Shown: piece by piece, positions 39,820 to 52,619 of the stretch
How positions within the stretch are numbered: the stretch's first letter is position 1
Layout: each line of letters starts with the position of its first letter
Assembly (NCBI GenBank): GCA_964016885.1
Contig: OZ024743.1
Coordinates: 112,468,001-112,532,000, forward strand
Direction of reading: 5' to 3'
Source: Eledone cirrhosa
Lineage: Eukaryota
Length of the DNA: 64,000 nt
Translations under genes and position numbers: made by a program
Notes under the pieces: generated by a model
Told to the model about the DNA's origin: nothing
The model's database searches: none
Seen by the model: only the letters and a program-made list of their open reading frames with translations

Positions 39820-41660
39820 TCAACAATGGACATCATCTCTCTCTACACCGCCATACCTCACGATGACTACCTCCGTGCCCTCCTACCCTTAATAGATTTA
39901 CGACTCAACCCTATCCTAGAAATTCCACTCTCTTCGCTTTGCTAAGGTCTTTCTCAACTCAATGACTTTTCCTATTCAGGAGTGAAATACTAGCAGGGTT
40001 CTAGGGTAATGATGGGAACTAGAATGCGCCCAAACTTCGCCAAATTGCTCGTTGGCTACGTGGTGACTCAAATCTTCTCTCAGTATACTGAACCTACCCG
40101 TGAGTTATAGGGCCGTTACATCTACGACTGTATGGGCGCCATTTCTCTCTCCTGTGGACAGGTTAATTCCTTTCTTTCTTTTGACCAGTCTTTGCCTTCC
40201 ACCCTTACCTTCACTATCTCTTTCGCCGACTCTTCCGTCCAATTTCTGAAAATCGTCCTCTCCATTAACCACTCTCTCACGCCCTCTATCTTCTATAAAC
40301 CCAATGACACACATTCATATCTGAACTTCACCTTATTTCACCTCACCCATACCAAACTCTCCATATTCTACTCCCAATATCTCCGTCTTCGTCAGTTCTG
40401 TAGCCAGAGCCGAGATTTCGAAACACAGACCCCACACATAGCGCCACGTTTCATCCAGCACGGATATCCCCTCACCTTGGAACAAGCCACTCTAACCCCA
40501 GCCCTCCAACACCACTACTGCCGCCTCAACACACAGCATCTGTTCTCCTCCTATCACCCCCACCACCCTAGATTACTGGCACCTTATCCTCCTTTGCTTC
40601 CGCACCCTCCCTTCTGAACTTCAGTCCCCATCATTTCGTGCTTCTTTCCTAATCCAGATATCACTGCCTTTAAGCGCGCCCAAATTCTCTGCAACATACG
40701 AGTACGTAGCTCACTCCCTTCCACCCCTAAGACACCACATGGCACCTGCCCCTTTTTTTATCTCATCCGTAACACGTGTCTGTTCATTTCCAACCTAAAC
40801 ATTCTCACTGGCATTAACGGTTCTTTCCATATCCGCCACTCCTTCAATTACACCTCCACCAACCTTGTGTATGCCTCTTGTGTTCTCTTACTGGACAAAC
40901 AGGCCGCCGCCTGGCGGATAGATTCGCAGAACACTTGAGGGACATACGACTTTACAAGGATACTCCCGTCGCTCGTCACTTCCGTTCCCCAGGCCACTCC
41001 TATGTACATGTTTCAGTCCTGGGTGCACTATTGCATCACGGAGATTGCCCGCCTCGCGGTCCATAACCGGGCAGAATTTGATTTTACGCGATGTCAAGTT
41101 TCCTAAATGGACTCAAATCCTTTTCTCGTTTTCTATAATCTATATTCACAACCGCGCACACTTGCGCTCGCGTATTTTTCTATTCACGTAGGCACTGTCA
41201 ACCCCACCTCGTCGGTTTAACGAGTTTCCTGTGACTTCGTTACGCTCAAAAACACACACTGTCACCGCTTTGTACAGATCAACAAACACGCGCACGCACA
41301 CTATACTTAGAGCTCCGTGTAGAAAAACAACAAAAACATTCACGCGCACAAGCGCCCTTTCACATATACAAATCCACTCCAAATTCAAAAGGATATTCTC
41401 TTTGGCAACAAGATATGTATGCTTTTGATCACAGTCTTTCAATAGACGACCAATTGGAATTCCTCAACAATAAACGCTCCTTCCAACAGTTTCTCAAAAG
41501 ATGGCGAAATGAACAGACTTGCTTTATCTCGAAGAATTTTATTTTCGTTTCTGACAATGCTCTCTCCCCTCTATCTCTTTATTTTTCTTTAATTTTTCAT
41601 TCTATCATCCGATGAAAGATAAGGGTGCGAAATGTTAAGACATATCCTATTGTTTTAAGC
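39820..41660 (+). mobile_element. Decayed Penelope-like element (Neptune-like RT + GIY-YIG)
   Basis: TMDIISLYTAIPHD, MGTRMRPNFA, GRYIYD, FYKPNDTHSYL, YSQYLRLRQFCS, GYP, TSTNLVY, GQTGRRLADRFAEHLRDIR..PVARHF. Degenerate hammerhead near 41610-41640. Confidence 0.88.
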
Positions 41661-41915
41661 ATTTTTCGAATATAAATAATAATATTCTATTTGTTTGAAA
41701 TTATGCAGACAGCCTCTTTAAGCCATGTGGGTACAATGGCTCCATCATTCTTGCGCTTGTGTTGGCATATAAAGAGAACGGCAGACCCTAATGTTTCTGG
41801 GTGATTACCCTTCATCAGAATTGTATGCTGCTTACCTGCCAACTGTCAGAGCTATTGAAAATATATGATATTTTCTGGAATATACAGTGACTAACCGGCC
41901 TGATTTGCAAGCATA
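41660..41915 (-). mobile_element. Second copy of family D, with a canonical hammerhead core
   Basis: Homologous to 31573-31820; minus strand CTGATGA-AGGGT(AATC)ACCCA-GAAAC at about 41785-41818. Confidence 0.65.
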
Positions 41916-42060
41916 TTTGTATATATTTGCATATATATATCCAAATAATCCATGTCTGTGGGTAATCCACTAGCAGAACAGGAGGGTAAATAGAGCAGTT
42001 AAAAGGCGTAGGTAAATATCCAGGTTCGAAATGCAAAGATCTCCGCGTAAGCCCGGAAAA

Positions 42061-42291
42061 TATAGTTCAAGGAGACAACAAACAAAGGTACATTTCTTAT
42101 TAGTTTCACGCTTTATATTGGAAAGAGGAAAGAAAGTTCGACGTGTCTGACTTAAGCCCCTTTCCAGGAGGACAAAATAGAGACAGGATCACAATGGCAA
42201 AACAGAGAAAATGTCCAGTAACTCTTTCCAATATAAAGCCTGAAACTAATAAGACTTGTTATACCTTTGTTTGTTGTCTCCTTGAACTATA
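42061..42291. mobile_element. Fold-back insertion with arms of about 68 bp
   Basis: TATAGTTCAAGGAGACAACAAACAAAGGTA..GCTTTATATTGGAAAGAG (42061-42128) is mirrored at 42222-42291. Confidence 0.75.
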
Positions 42292-42652
42292 TATATAAGC
42301 TGGGTTCCGCTCGGGACATATCAGACTTTGAACAAAAGCTTACACAATAGCTATCTGAAGGGGTCGTATCTATTACATAATAGATACCAGTGAATGTATA
42401 TAACAGTAACAAATTATTTAGTAAAATCATGTAAGATTTAAGCACACTGACTTCTTCGTTGGATATATATATGTGTGTGTGTGTGTGTATGTATGTGTGT
42501 GTGTGTGAGAGAGGGGGGGGGGGAGTCCCGGATTCAATTGGAGGTAGCCACAGCTACATTAGTACAGTATATACCAAATTTAATATAGAAATAGTTCTAG
42601 AACTGTATACTAGTGTAGACTGGTCTTGTATAAGACATTTCTACCTTAAATG

Positions 42653-42709
<57 letters not shown>

Positions 42710-43319
42710 GGGAAGATTTGTCTTTAGATACAACGGACTTATACAACATTTTTCGTCGATTATATTACAATGGCTGAACTGGCACTAGTCAATATTCCTG
42801 GGCTCTGGGGTAACCGAACTCATAACGTAGCGTTTCCGAAGCAAACGCCTTAAACAAACACACACACTCTCTCACACACGTACACACGGAGAAGCATTTT
42901 TCTCTCTTGTGGTTGTAACAACGGTAGCGGTGTAGATAAATGTAAGATAGTTAAACTGTGTGGAGCCTAAAATGACGCGCAACTTAGTCAAATCCAAAAA
43001 CATGGCAGCCATCGTGGCATTTGGTGATTGCTTCGCGTAAAATATGTACCCAAGTGATATGATCTACTTAATCCTCTGACTGCATTATTACTCATAATTT
43101 CATGGAAAATTGAGATAAAACGCCACAGTAATATGCAGTCATGTTACACTGTGTTGTGTCGTTGTTAAATAAATGTCTCCCAAGTGAGAGAACAATTACA
43201 GCAAAGAGACTGCAACCTAACAATATAATGCAAGTAAAGAAATATATTAGTGCGCATTCTCGACAAACGCTTAATGAGATCAACAGACGCCACCAACACT
43301 TCAAGCTACAACCACCAAC

Positions 43320-43371
43320 ACTACTACTACTACTACTACTACTATTGCTGCTCCTGCTGCTGCTGCTGCTG

Positions 43372-43416
<45 letters not shown>

Positions 43417-43560
43417 TTACTACTACCACTACTACTACTACTACTAATGCTAATAGTAATGCTGCTAATACTGTTACTAATACTACTAATAATACTACTA
43501 ATACTACTACTACTATTACTACTACTACTACTACTACTACTGCTACTACTACCACTACTC
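43320..43560. repeat. (CTA)n/(CTG)n trinucleotide repeat
   Basis: Direct reading. Confidence 0.95.
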
Positions 43561-44501
43561 ATATTATGATGATATTGGTGATAATATAGCTGATGCGTTG
43601 GAGGGGGAGGAATATGTATGAATGTATGTATGAATGCATGTGTATATATATATATATGTGTGTGTGTGTGCATACATACATAAATTCATGTATGTATTTA
43701 TATATATATAGGTTTGTATGTATGGAGATAAGAGGGTGGGTGTGTGTGTGTATGTGTGTGTGTGTGCGAGATTGCATGCATATGTTCATCACATATCAGC
43801 ACCAGTGCGATACTCAAATATCTGACATGTCGTGATAAAGGTAATAATCGATACATGATCAACACTATTAGGCGACAGAGAATCAATAATAGTGGTGGTG
43901 TGTGCGTGGGGACAGTCTTTACCTTTACATCAGTAAACTATTTGATATTGCTAACTTCAAATCCAAACTGTTTCATGTTAGTATCCTAGGTTATCACAGT
44001 TTAGTACCCGAGTATATCACACTTTAGAACCGTTTTTTTTTTCTTTTTTGTGTTGTTTTTTTTTGTGAACTTCGCTAAGGAGGGTAGATTTGGTAGGGTC
44101 ATCAGAGCGTTGGATATTTATTTCGGATATCTGCATTCTGAGATCTAATCCCACCGACATCTAGATTGCTTTTTTATCATTTCAGTGTCGATAAAGAAAG
44201 AACCAGTCCAGCGCTGCTGAAACCAAATCTTCCATCTATCACAGCCTGGGTGTTTGGTTTGATCAATAAAGGGATTGTCTAGAGTGTGTCTGTATCCTCC
44301 CTTGATGTATAGTTATCTAAACCGCTTAGGAAAAGCATTGTACATACTACCATGCCATAATCGATTCCTGGTTACTGCAGTTGTAGTAACAAATGAACTT
44401 CCCTATGAGGAGTACAGCATTGGTGCGCATATATATCAGAATGAATGGGTACATAACCAATCGTAGGATCAAGAAAAGTGGCGTTTGAAGACTCTGTGGT
44501 T

Positions 44502-44806
44502 CACATAAGAGCAATCCTATAGTTTATGTTGATTTCTGACGAAACATGGGCTCCGTCTGTTTTAAAATGCCCAAACCACATAAGAGAAATTCTATAATTT
44601 ATGTTGATTTCTGACGAGACATGGGCTCCGTCTGTTTTCAAATGCCCAAGCCACATAAGAGCAATCCTATAGTTTTTTGTTGATTTCTGACGAGACATGG
44701 ACTCCGTCTGTTTTATAATGCCCAAGCCACATAAGAGCAATCCTATAATTTATGTTGATTTCTGACGAGACATGGGCTTCGTCCGTTTTAAAATGCCCAA
44801 GCCACA
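44502..44806. repeat. 75-bp tandem repeat, 4 units
   Basis: CACATAAGAGCAATCCTATA..GTTGATTTCTGACGAGACATGGGCTCCGTCTGTTTT..AATGCCCAAGC, starting at 44502, 44577, 44652 and 44728. Confidence 0.93.
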
Positions 44807-45239
44807 ACGTATGTCAGACCATGGAGTTTCGGGTCAATCGACAGATGTCCGAGTGAGGCAAAGGAAAATATAAATTGGTCTATGGGTCTCCTCCAAGAAC
44901 CACATACCAGTATCGGGAACTAGTAACATATTTAAACAGCACGCAGGATGTGGGGGCGTTCATTATTACTATTGTTCATGCGATGTGTAGTCATATGATA
45001 TTACTGATCGACAAATTTATGATAAAGAGAAGTTCCAGTCGTTATCACCGTGACTTTTATTGAAATATATCTTAAGGAAATAAGCGCCATCGTTTTACAG
45101 CCATAGTCGATGTTTTGTGCGGTTTGTATCTCAGTTCCGATAGCGTTAAATATCTGAGAGTACAGATCTCCCCCGAATAAAGTGACCAACGTTAGACTTC
45201 GAACGCCTCTGCCAGTTTACACACAGACACACACACACA

Positions 45240-45303
<64 letters not shown>

Positions 45304-45796
45304 TGTGTGTATTTGTGTGTGTGTGAGTGTACAGATCTGTGGTTAGTTTAACGGTACATTCTGAGGGTTGTGTTTAGGAGTGAGGACAATCGACGGTCTT
45401 ATTTACGTATATATATATTGGTTCACAAAGCTGTTTAATTATATTCATAATCAAACCAGATTTGCGTCCCTTGCCATGGGTTGTATCCTTGTCATAATCG
45501 ACAACTAGCATACAGGCCACTTGCTTCCCTTAGCTTAGATGAGGTGTGAAAAACAACACGAGAAATATTGCCAACACCAGCAGAAATATAAAAAAAAACT
45601 TTGAATAACTACTCATAGTGAAACCGGTTAGTACATAAACTAATCATAACATTTTAAAACCCACAATTTACTTGGTATGAACGGACTTCTTTTTGTTGTA
45701 TACTGTATATTTGCATGTATATATATATATATATATGTATGCGTGTCTGTGTGTGTGTGTTCGTTTATAATTTACAAACACATACACACGCACACA

Positions 45797-45861
<65 letters not shown>

Positions 45862-45880
45862 GCGCATATATATATATATA

Positions 45881-46070
45881 TAACGAAGGAAATGTGGTAA
45901 GGAACCAAGTGGACCATAACGCACCAAAGTACTCAATACTTAGGGTAGTAGAGTGGGTAATAGGAACAAATAAGACCCCGACAGCTGAGCTCAAGCCGTT
46001 TCGACGGCTAATTCTGGAGTGAATTAGCCGTCGAAACGGCTTGAGCTCAGCCGTCGGGGTCTTATTTGTT

Positions 46071-46074
<4 letters not shown>
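45881..46074. mobile_element. Family A (A1) fold-back: 80-nt tail + 54-bp hairpin, in (TA)n
   Basis: Arms 45961-46014 and 46021-46074 (one mismatch), 6-nt loop. Confidence 0.85.
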
Positions 46075-46124
<50 letters not shown>

Positions 46125-46504
46125 CATCGTTTACTCCTACAAAGTTTCCTTCCGAGACATAAGTTTGTTCAGGGAAGACTACCAGTCGTCCATGCATACC
46201 AGTCACCGATGTTGTCCGAGGGAAAGGCAATGGCCGATACAGCTTGGCACCAGTCATATCGCAACACATTTCTACATGAGTGAAATTGAGCAACGTGAAT
46301 CACCCGGTCGAAGAATCAAACTCCCAAACTCAGTTGGAAGCCCAACTCTCTAACCACTAAGCCATACGCCTGTATATATATATATATATTATTTTTTTTT
46401 TCCTTCAATGAAAAAGAGTTAGTTGATTTAGAATCAACTGATTTTACATCACAGATCTCATGCATTCAACGATATATGTTTATGCGGAATTTTATAATAA
46501 TGAT

Positions 46505-46682
46505 AATTGTTTCTATTTTAGGCACAAGGCCACCAATTACTCAGTACATTACTGGTACTTTATTTTATCGACCCCGTAAGGATGAAAGGCAAAGTTAACC
46601 TCGGCCGGTTTGAACTCAGATCGTAAAGGGACGTAACTATGCTGGAAAGCAGGTCCGACGCTCTACCGATACTGCCAAATCA
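46505..46682 (-). mobile_element. S1 SINE copy
   Basis: Reverse complement of 511-701; preceded by (AAT)n-like sequence. Confidence 0.85.
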
Positions 46683-46868
46683 CTAAACGAAAGACAGTTA
46701 CGTTAGGTCATCCCAATTTAGTTTATTATGCGTATTTCGAAAATGTAAGGCTTATGTATAACATAAACCAAAACAAATAAAATCACGGGAAATGTAGAAA
46801 TTCTTTGATATGCAGGTGGTCAGACAAACTGTTCAGATCCGTGTCCGCCAAGCATATATATATATATT

Positions 46869-47543
46869 AAAATTAAGCGAGAAAAAACTCAATTTATGGG
46901 AGTACAAACAAGATAGACAAAAAGTATATTCTATCTAAACTTGCTTATATATAGATCTCCCTAGCATGGTTTCATATGAGGAAGAATTCTTATTGGAACC
47001 ACCAATAATTGAAGAATCCACCATACTCAACAGATTTACGTGATCAAAAAATCCCTAGCATATTAGGACTATATTACAGGCTTATAATGTCGCTAGAAAT
47101 AGCAGCCAAAAGACCGTCAGATACAACTCGACGAATTAAGTAGTTTAATAATAATTAAAGTTTAATTAGTCACTAATATTAAAAATCTCAATGGGAGGAA
47201 ACTCACAGAGAACTAATAACCTGTGAAATAGTCCCAATATGCTGGAGAATTTTTGATCACGTAACGCTACGCGTGTTTTCATTCCAGTATCCTGCTTCGG
47301 CAAATGGAACAGCATGTATGATTTCGAAGTCAATTTCTCTTAGATTTTGAATTCTTCCCCATATGAAACCATGGTAGGAAGATCTATATATAAGCAAGTT
47401 TAGATAGAATAATTGTTTTTGTCTATCGTGTTTATGCTCCCATAAATTGAGTTTTTTCTCGTTTAATTTTCATATATAATATTGCTTCTCTGAGAGATAC
47501 CTCTGGTTGAGATGTCGAAGCATTGGTGACTAATTAACCTTTG
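46869..47543. mobile_element. Fold-back insertion with outer and inner inverted arms plus a tail
   Basis: Outer arms 46869-46989 and 47349-47470; inner arms 47036-47085 and 47216-47264; tail 47471-47543. Confidence 0.75.
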
Positions 47544-47712
47544 ATGATTACACACACACACGCACACACACACACACATACACACACAAACATATATATT
47601 TGTGTGCATGAGAAAGAGTGTGGTAAAATACCAGGTGGATCTTTCTCACACACACACACACACACATATATATATGTATATATGTGTGTGTGTGAGAGAG
47701 AGAGGGGGGGAG

Positions 47713-48000
47713 AAAGGGTCTGGTAAAATACCAGGTGGACTATATCCCACCAGAGTACTCGATACTTGGATTAGTAGAGTAGGTAATATGAAAAGATTCA
47801 GGACCCCGACGGCTGAGCTTCGGCCGTTTCGACAGCTAGATCCGAAAGGAGGAGTGTGATGGTTGTCAATCCAGCTGTTGAAACGGCCAGAGCTCAGCCG
47901 TCGGGGTCCTGAATCTTTTCATATTACCCACTCTACTACCCCAAGTATCGAGTACTCTGGTGGCTTATGGTCCACCTAGTATGTTACCACACCCTTTCTG
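47713..48000. mobile_element. Family A (A2) fold-back, both arms reaching the 3' terminus
   Basis: Arms at about 47713-47841 and 47868-48000; a short duplicate of the tail end lies at 47617-47639. Confidence 0.85.
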
Positions 48001-48015
48001 ATATATATATATATA

Positions 48016-48192
48016 TAGGAACAAGTATGACCCCGACGGCAGAGCTCAAGCCGTTTCGACGGTCATTTCCGTCTAAACGGCTTGAGCTCTGCCGTCGGGG
48101 TCATACTTGTTCCTATTATCCACTATACTACCCTAAGTATTGAGTACTTTGGTGTGTTATGGTCCATCTGGTTCCTTACCACAATTCCTTCG

Positions 48193-48195
<3 letters not shown>
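48016..48195. mobile_element. Family A (A1) fold-back: 47-bp hairpin + 80-nt tail, in (TA)n
   Basis: Arms 48016-48062 and 48069-48115; the tail ends CCTTCGTTA(TA)n. Confidence 0.85.
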
Positions 48196-48239
<44 letters not shown>

Positions 48240-48322
48240 GAAGGAAATGTGGTAAGGAATCAGGTGGACCATAACGCACCAAAGTACTCAATACTTTAGA
48301 GTGGGTAATAGGAACAAGTAAG

Positions 48323-48416
48323 ACCCCGACGGCTGAGCTCAAGCCGTTTCGACGGCTAATTCTGGACTGAATGAAAATTTATTCTAGTATTTAAATAGCC
48401 GAGCTTATCAAGGGGT
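48323..48416 (-). ncRNA. Type I hammerhead ribozyme with a U3-A8 core
   Basis: ACCCC-TTGATAA-G..CGGCTA(loop)TAGCCG.C-GAAA-CGGCT(TGAGCTC)AGCCG-TC^-GGGGT: all three stems pair; GUC triplet. Confidence 0.8.
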
Positions 48417-49041
48417 AATTCCATATATGGTCAAAGAGACAATCACCAGGATTGGTCACATCACAAGTTAGTAGTAAATCTTTGATGGCAAATTGGTGGA
48501 GGAAGGGGTAGCTGAACCTGCCGGTAGGAGAAAAAGGGAGAGGGGGTGGAGTAGACCCATTCATGCGTTGGTAGTGCCGGCTACAGCTGGTCGTGAGGTC
48601 AAATGGATACTGGGGAGGGGGACGAAGTCGAAACGGTAAGTAGAACAATGAGGGGTAAAAAATATAAGCAGTACTGAGAGAAAAAAATAAATAAATAAAA
48701 AATAAAAAATAAGCAAAGTCTGGTTACTAAGACTTAAGTCTCTCGCTATTGCTATGCTAAAGAAGTACATAAATAAATAAATAAACAAATTGTTTACCCA
48801 TCATTGTTCTACTTACCGTTTCGACTTCGTCCCCCTTCCCCTCCCCAGTATCCATTTGACCTCACGACCAGCTGTAGCCGGCACTACCAACGCATGAATG
48901 GGTCTACTCCACCCCCTCTCCCTTTTACTCCCACCGGCAGGTTCAGCTACCCCTACCTCCACCAATTTGCCATCAAAGATTTACTACTAACTTGTGATGT
49001 GACCAATCCTGGTGATTGTCTCTTTGACCATATATGGAATT

Positions 49042-49135
49042 ACCCCTTGATAAGCTCGGCTATTTAAATACCAGAATAAATTTTCTTTCAGTCCAGAATT
49101 AGCCGTCGAAACGACTTGAGCTCAGCCGTCGGGGT
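49042..49135 (+). ncRNA. Type I hammerhead ribozyme, mirror copy with one stem III mismatch
   Basis: Same fold as 48323-48416, with ACGACT instead of ACGGCT; predicted cleavage after 49130. Confidence 0.75.
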
Positions 49136-49696
49136 CTTACTTGTTCCTATATATATATATATATATATATATATAACTTAATTTATTCTTTTGATACATA
49201 CCATTGATGATAAGAAAATCGTTTAAAATCACAAAATATGTCTATGTGCATCTGTTCCTTTTTACTCACAGTATGTGTTCCTGTATGCATGTATGCATAT
49301 TTATATGTATTTATATATTTATGTATGCGTGTAAGGGCAAGTGTTTCGTGTGTATGCATTCTTTTTATTTGTATACACATAAATATCTATCAAAATAAAT
49401 GGTGGTAACTGTTTGATGGTAGGCTGATGTAGATGAGCATGGTACTGGTGCTGGTTCTGGTGGTGGTCATGGTTGTAGTGGTGGTGCGTGTTGATGCGTG
49501 GTTGGGTTGATGGTAGAGGTGTTGTGAAATAGGGTGAAATCATTTGGTCAGACTGGTAAAGGAAAGAAGCTTGTATGGATTTAGTTGTCTATAGAAAAAA
49601 AACTGAAGCCGAATTATGACGTCAAGTAAAAGAATGATCTAGATATGGCAGAGTATGGAAAGTATATATTATTGAGTTAAATAGCGTGAGAGGATA

Positions 49697-50665
49697 TTAA
49701 CAGCAGTAACAACAACAGCAGCAGTAACAACAACAACAGCAGCAACAACAACAACAGCAGCAGCAGCAACTACAATAGCAGAAACAACAGCAACAACAAT
49801 AACAGCGAGCAGCAGTAACAAAGACTGCAAAAGCAACGACAGGAGCATTAACAACAACAACAACAGCAGCAGCAGCAGCAACTACAATAGCAGAAACAAC
49901 AACAACAGCAACAACAATAACAACGAGCAGCAGTAACGAAGACTGCAAAAGCAACGACAGGAGCATTAACAACAACAACAAGAGCAGTAGCAGCAAATAC
50001 AACAAAACAAAAACAAGAAAACTAACGGCAACAACAGCGACGACGACAACAACAACAATAACAACAACAACAACAACAGTAACAAAAACAGCAAAACAAC
50101 CACAAAAATAAACAGCTACAACAACAAAAGCATCAAACACAACAAAAACTACAAAAGCACAGCAACGACAGCAATAACAACAACAATAGCATCAGCAACA
50201 ACAACAATAGCATCAGCAACAACAACAATAGCATCAGCAACAACAGCAGCAACAGCAAAGAAAACAAACCAAGAAAAATAAACGGCTACAGCGACAACAG
50301 CAACAACAACAAAAGCGTCAATAACAGAAAGAACACAACAACAAAAACAAAAAGCACAGCAACCACAACAATAACAACAACAACAACAATAGCCACACGA
50401 GCAGCATCAACAACAATAGACGCAACAGCAGCTACTACAGCAACAACAAACACAGCAACGACAGCAACAAAAACAACAGAGACAAGTGCAACAACAACAC
50501 AATACATCAACTCAACAACACAACAGCCACAACAATATAACAACAATAACAGAAGCAACAATAACTATAAGTCTATCAACAACAACATCAAGGACATAAT
50601 AGTAAATAAAATAACAACAATAACGAAAACAATGGCAAGAACCACAACAACAGCGACAGCAACAT
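49697..50665. repeat. Degenerate (AAC/AGC)n tract containing an internal duplication of about 110 bp
   Basis: AGCAGCAGTAAC.AAGACTGCAAAAGCAACGACAGGAGCATTAAC occurs at about 49808 and 49926. Confidence 0.9.
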
Positions 50666-50668
50666 CCA

Positions 50669-51854
50669 TAATTGTTTCTACATTTGGCACAAGGCCAGCA
50701 ATTACCCCCAGCACATTACTGGTACTTTATTTTATCGACCCCGTATGGATGAAAGGCAAAGTTAACCTCAGCGGGGATTTTTACTATGGGCATAAGGCCA
50801 GCAATTTGGAGAGGGAGAAAGTCGATTAAATCGACCATTGCATTACTGGTACTTTATTTTATCGACCCCGTAAGGATGAAAGGCAAAGTTAACCTCGGCG
50901 GGATTTGAACTCAGACCATAAAAGGCCATAACTCTTTGCTGCAAAGCATGGCGTCCGACCCTCTACCGATACTGCCAATCCACCGCCCATCAATAATAAC
51001 AAATAAGTTTAGTGAGAAGGCTGAATGTCTTGAAGGGGGCAAAGAACGCTTAGTTCTGACAACATTGGCTATAAGATTGATAGTAATAATGATGAAGTGC
51101 GTGGCAGAGGAGACGATGATACTGATAAGGTGGAGGGGAGACGGTGGATGAGTATGTTGATGGAAGTTGATTGTGATGATAATGATGATCATAATTGTTT
51201 CTACTTTTGGCACAAGGCCAGCAATTCACACAGTGTATTACTGGTACCTTATTTTATCGACCCCGTAAGGATGAAAGGCAAAGTTAACCTCCGCGGGATT
51301 TGAACTCAGACCGTAAATGACTGTAACTCTTTGCTGCAAAGCATGGCGTCCGACCCTCTTACCGACACTGCCAATCCACCGCCCTATAATGGTGATAATG
51401 ATGATAACAATGATGATGATGATCATCATCATCAGCATCAACATTGAGATGACAATGGTAATGTGGATGATGATGATATGATGACGTTGATGATGCTGTT
51501 GATGATTATGGGGATGATGGAACTAGTTATAATGACGGTGGTGATGGAATAGTGATTGTGTTGTTGCTACTGCTGTTACTGCTACTGCTGCTACTGCTGC
51601 TACTGCTGCTGTTGCTGCTACTGCTACTGTTATGGCTGCTGATAATGATGAAGATGATGATTATTAAAATAATTGTTTCTACGTTAGGCACAAGGCCAGC
51701 AAATACCCAGTGTATTACTGGTACTTTATTTTATCGACCCCGTAAGGATGAAAGGCAAAGTTAACCTCGGCGGGATTTGAACTTAGAATGGCAAGGGCCG
51801 TAACTCTATGCTGTAAAGCATGGCGTCCGACCCTCTACCGATACTGCCAATCCA
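50669..51854 (-). mobile_element. Cluster of four S1 SINE copies
   Basis: About 50669-50778 (partial), 50779-50988, 51193-51384 and 51671-51854, all in the same orientation among (AAT/GAT)n repeats. Confidence 0.88.
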
Positions 51855-52019
51855 CAATGATGATGGCGATGAAGACACCGAGAATAATGATGACAATAGC
51901 TGGGAACAACAGTAACAGTAACAATGGAAACAACTCCAACTAAAGCAACGACCCCAAAATCTCAATATCTAGCAGACAGAGCTCTTACAGAAAACATTAA
52001 TAGACATGCATGCCACATG

Positions 52020-52615
52020 AATCAGCTGGACAATTCAATATTTTTCACTTCGGTTTAAAAATAAATATAGAAACTTACCTCACCACTGTCAACTTCCTAG
52101 ATCTAACACTAGACCTAAAAAGAACCAATACAAACCCTTTAGAAAACTAAATGATAGACGTTCTTACATAAACTTAAGATCCTGCCACTTGCCAATAGTG
52201 TTTAAGAATTTCATGAAAAATGTTAGCAAAAAAATCTCCAACATTTTATCTTGCAAAGACATATAATGCAATCCTAGAGGGAAACGGATTCGAGAAGAAA
52301 ATTAAGTACAACCCTAGACAAGCAATGGTGAAAAAAGCCCAGAACCCGAAAAACAGTTTGATTCATACCTCTCCTCTCACTGAACATAGACAGAACATTC
52401 CTAGTCACCCTTACGGGAAACTATTTAACAAGAATAACCTTAAAATATAAAACCAGAAAACATGCATACATACATGAGGACTGCAACTCGATTTCGAGTA
52501 ATGCCATCGCTTGGTACTTAAGCATAAGCATGACGGACGTGGCTTTTTAGTCCTGCTAGTGATTTTCTTATAGCCAAAAATAATATGCATCGCAAAAAGT
52601 GTCACATATCAAGCG
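52020..52615 (+). mobile_element. Highly decayed PLE fragment
   Basis: TVNFLDLTLDL, KPFRKLND and IKYNP remnants, resembling the 33.5-34.2 kb PLE. Confidence 0.55.
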
Positions 52616-52619
52616 ATGC

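Larger units (their letters stand above)
48236..49149. mobile_element. Family A (A1) long fold-back: tail + near-identical inverted arms of about 350 bp
   Basis: Arms 48309-48659 and 48793-49149. Track ORFs 48391-48648(-) and 48804-49067(+) are almost identical peptides, confirming the inversion. Confidence 0.92.

Noticed and set aside
43092-43673. Poly-Ser/poly-Leu ORFs (also 49669-50561, 51552-51764, 26051-26251)
   Set aside because: Trinucleotide repeat translations with no splice or homology support.
44502-44806. CRISPR-like appearance of the regular repeats (also 37345-38232)
   Set aside because: Units are contiguous with no unique spacers, there are no cas genes, and the context is eukaryotic.
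48391-49067. Two near-identical 85/87-aa ORFs on opposite strands
   Set aside because: A by-product of the inverted repeat; non-ATG starts, located in a PLE-like 3'UTR.
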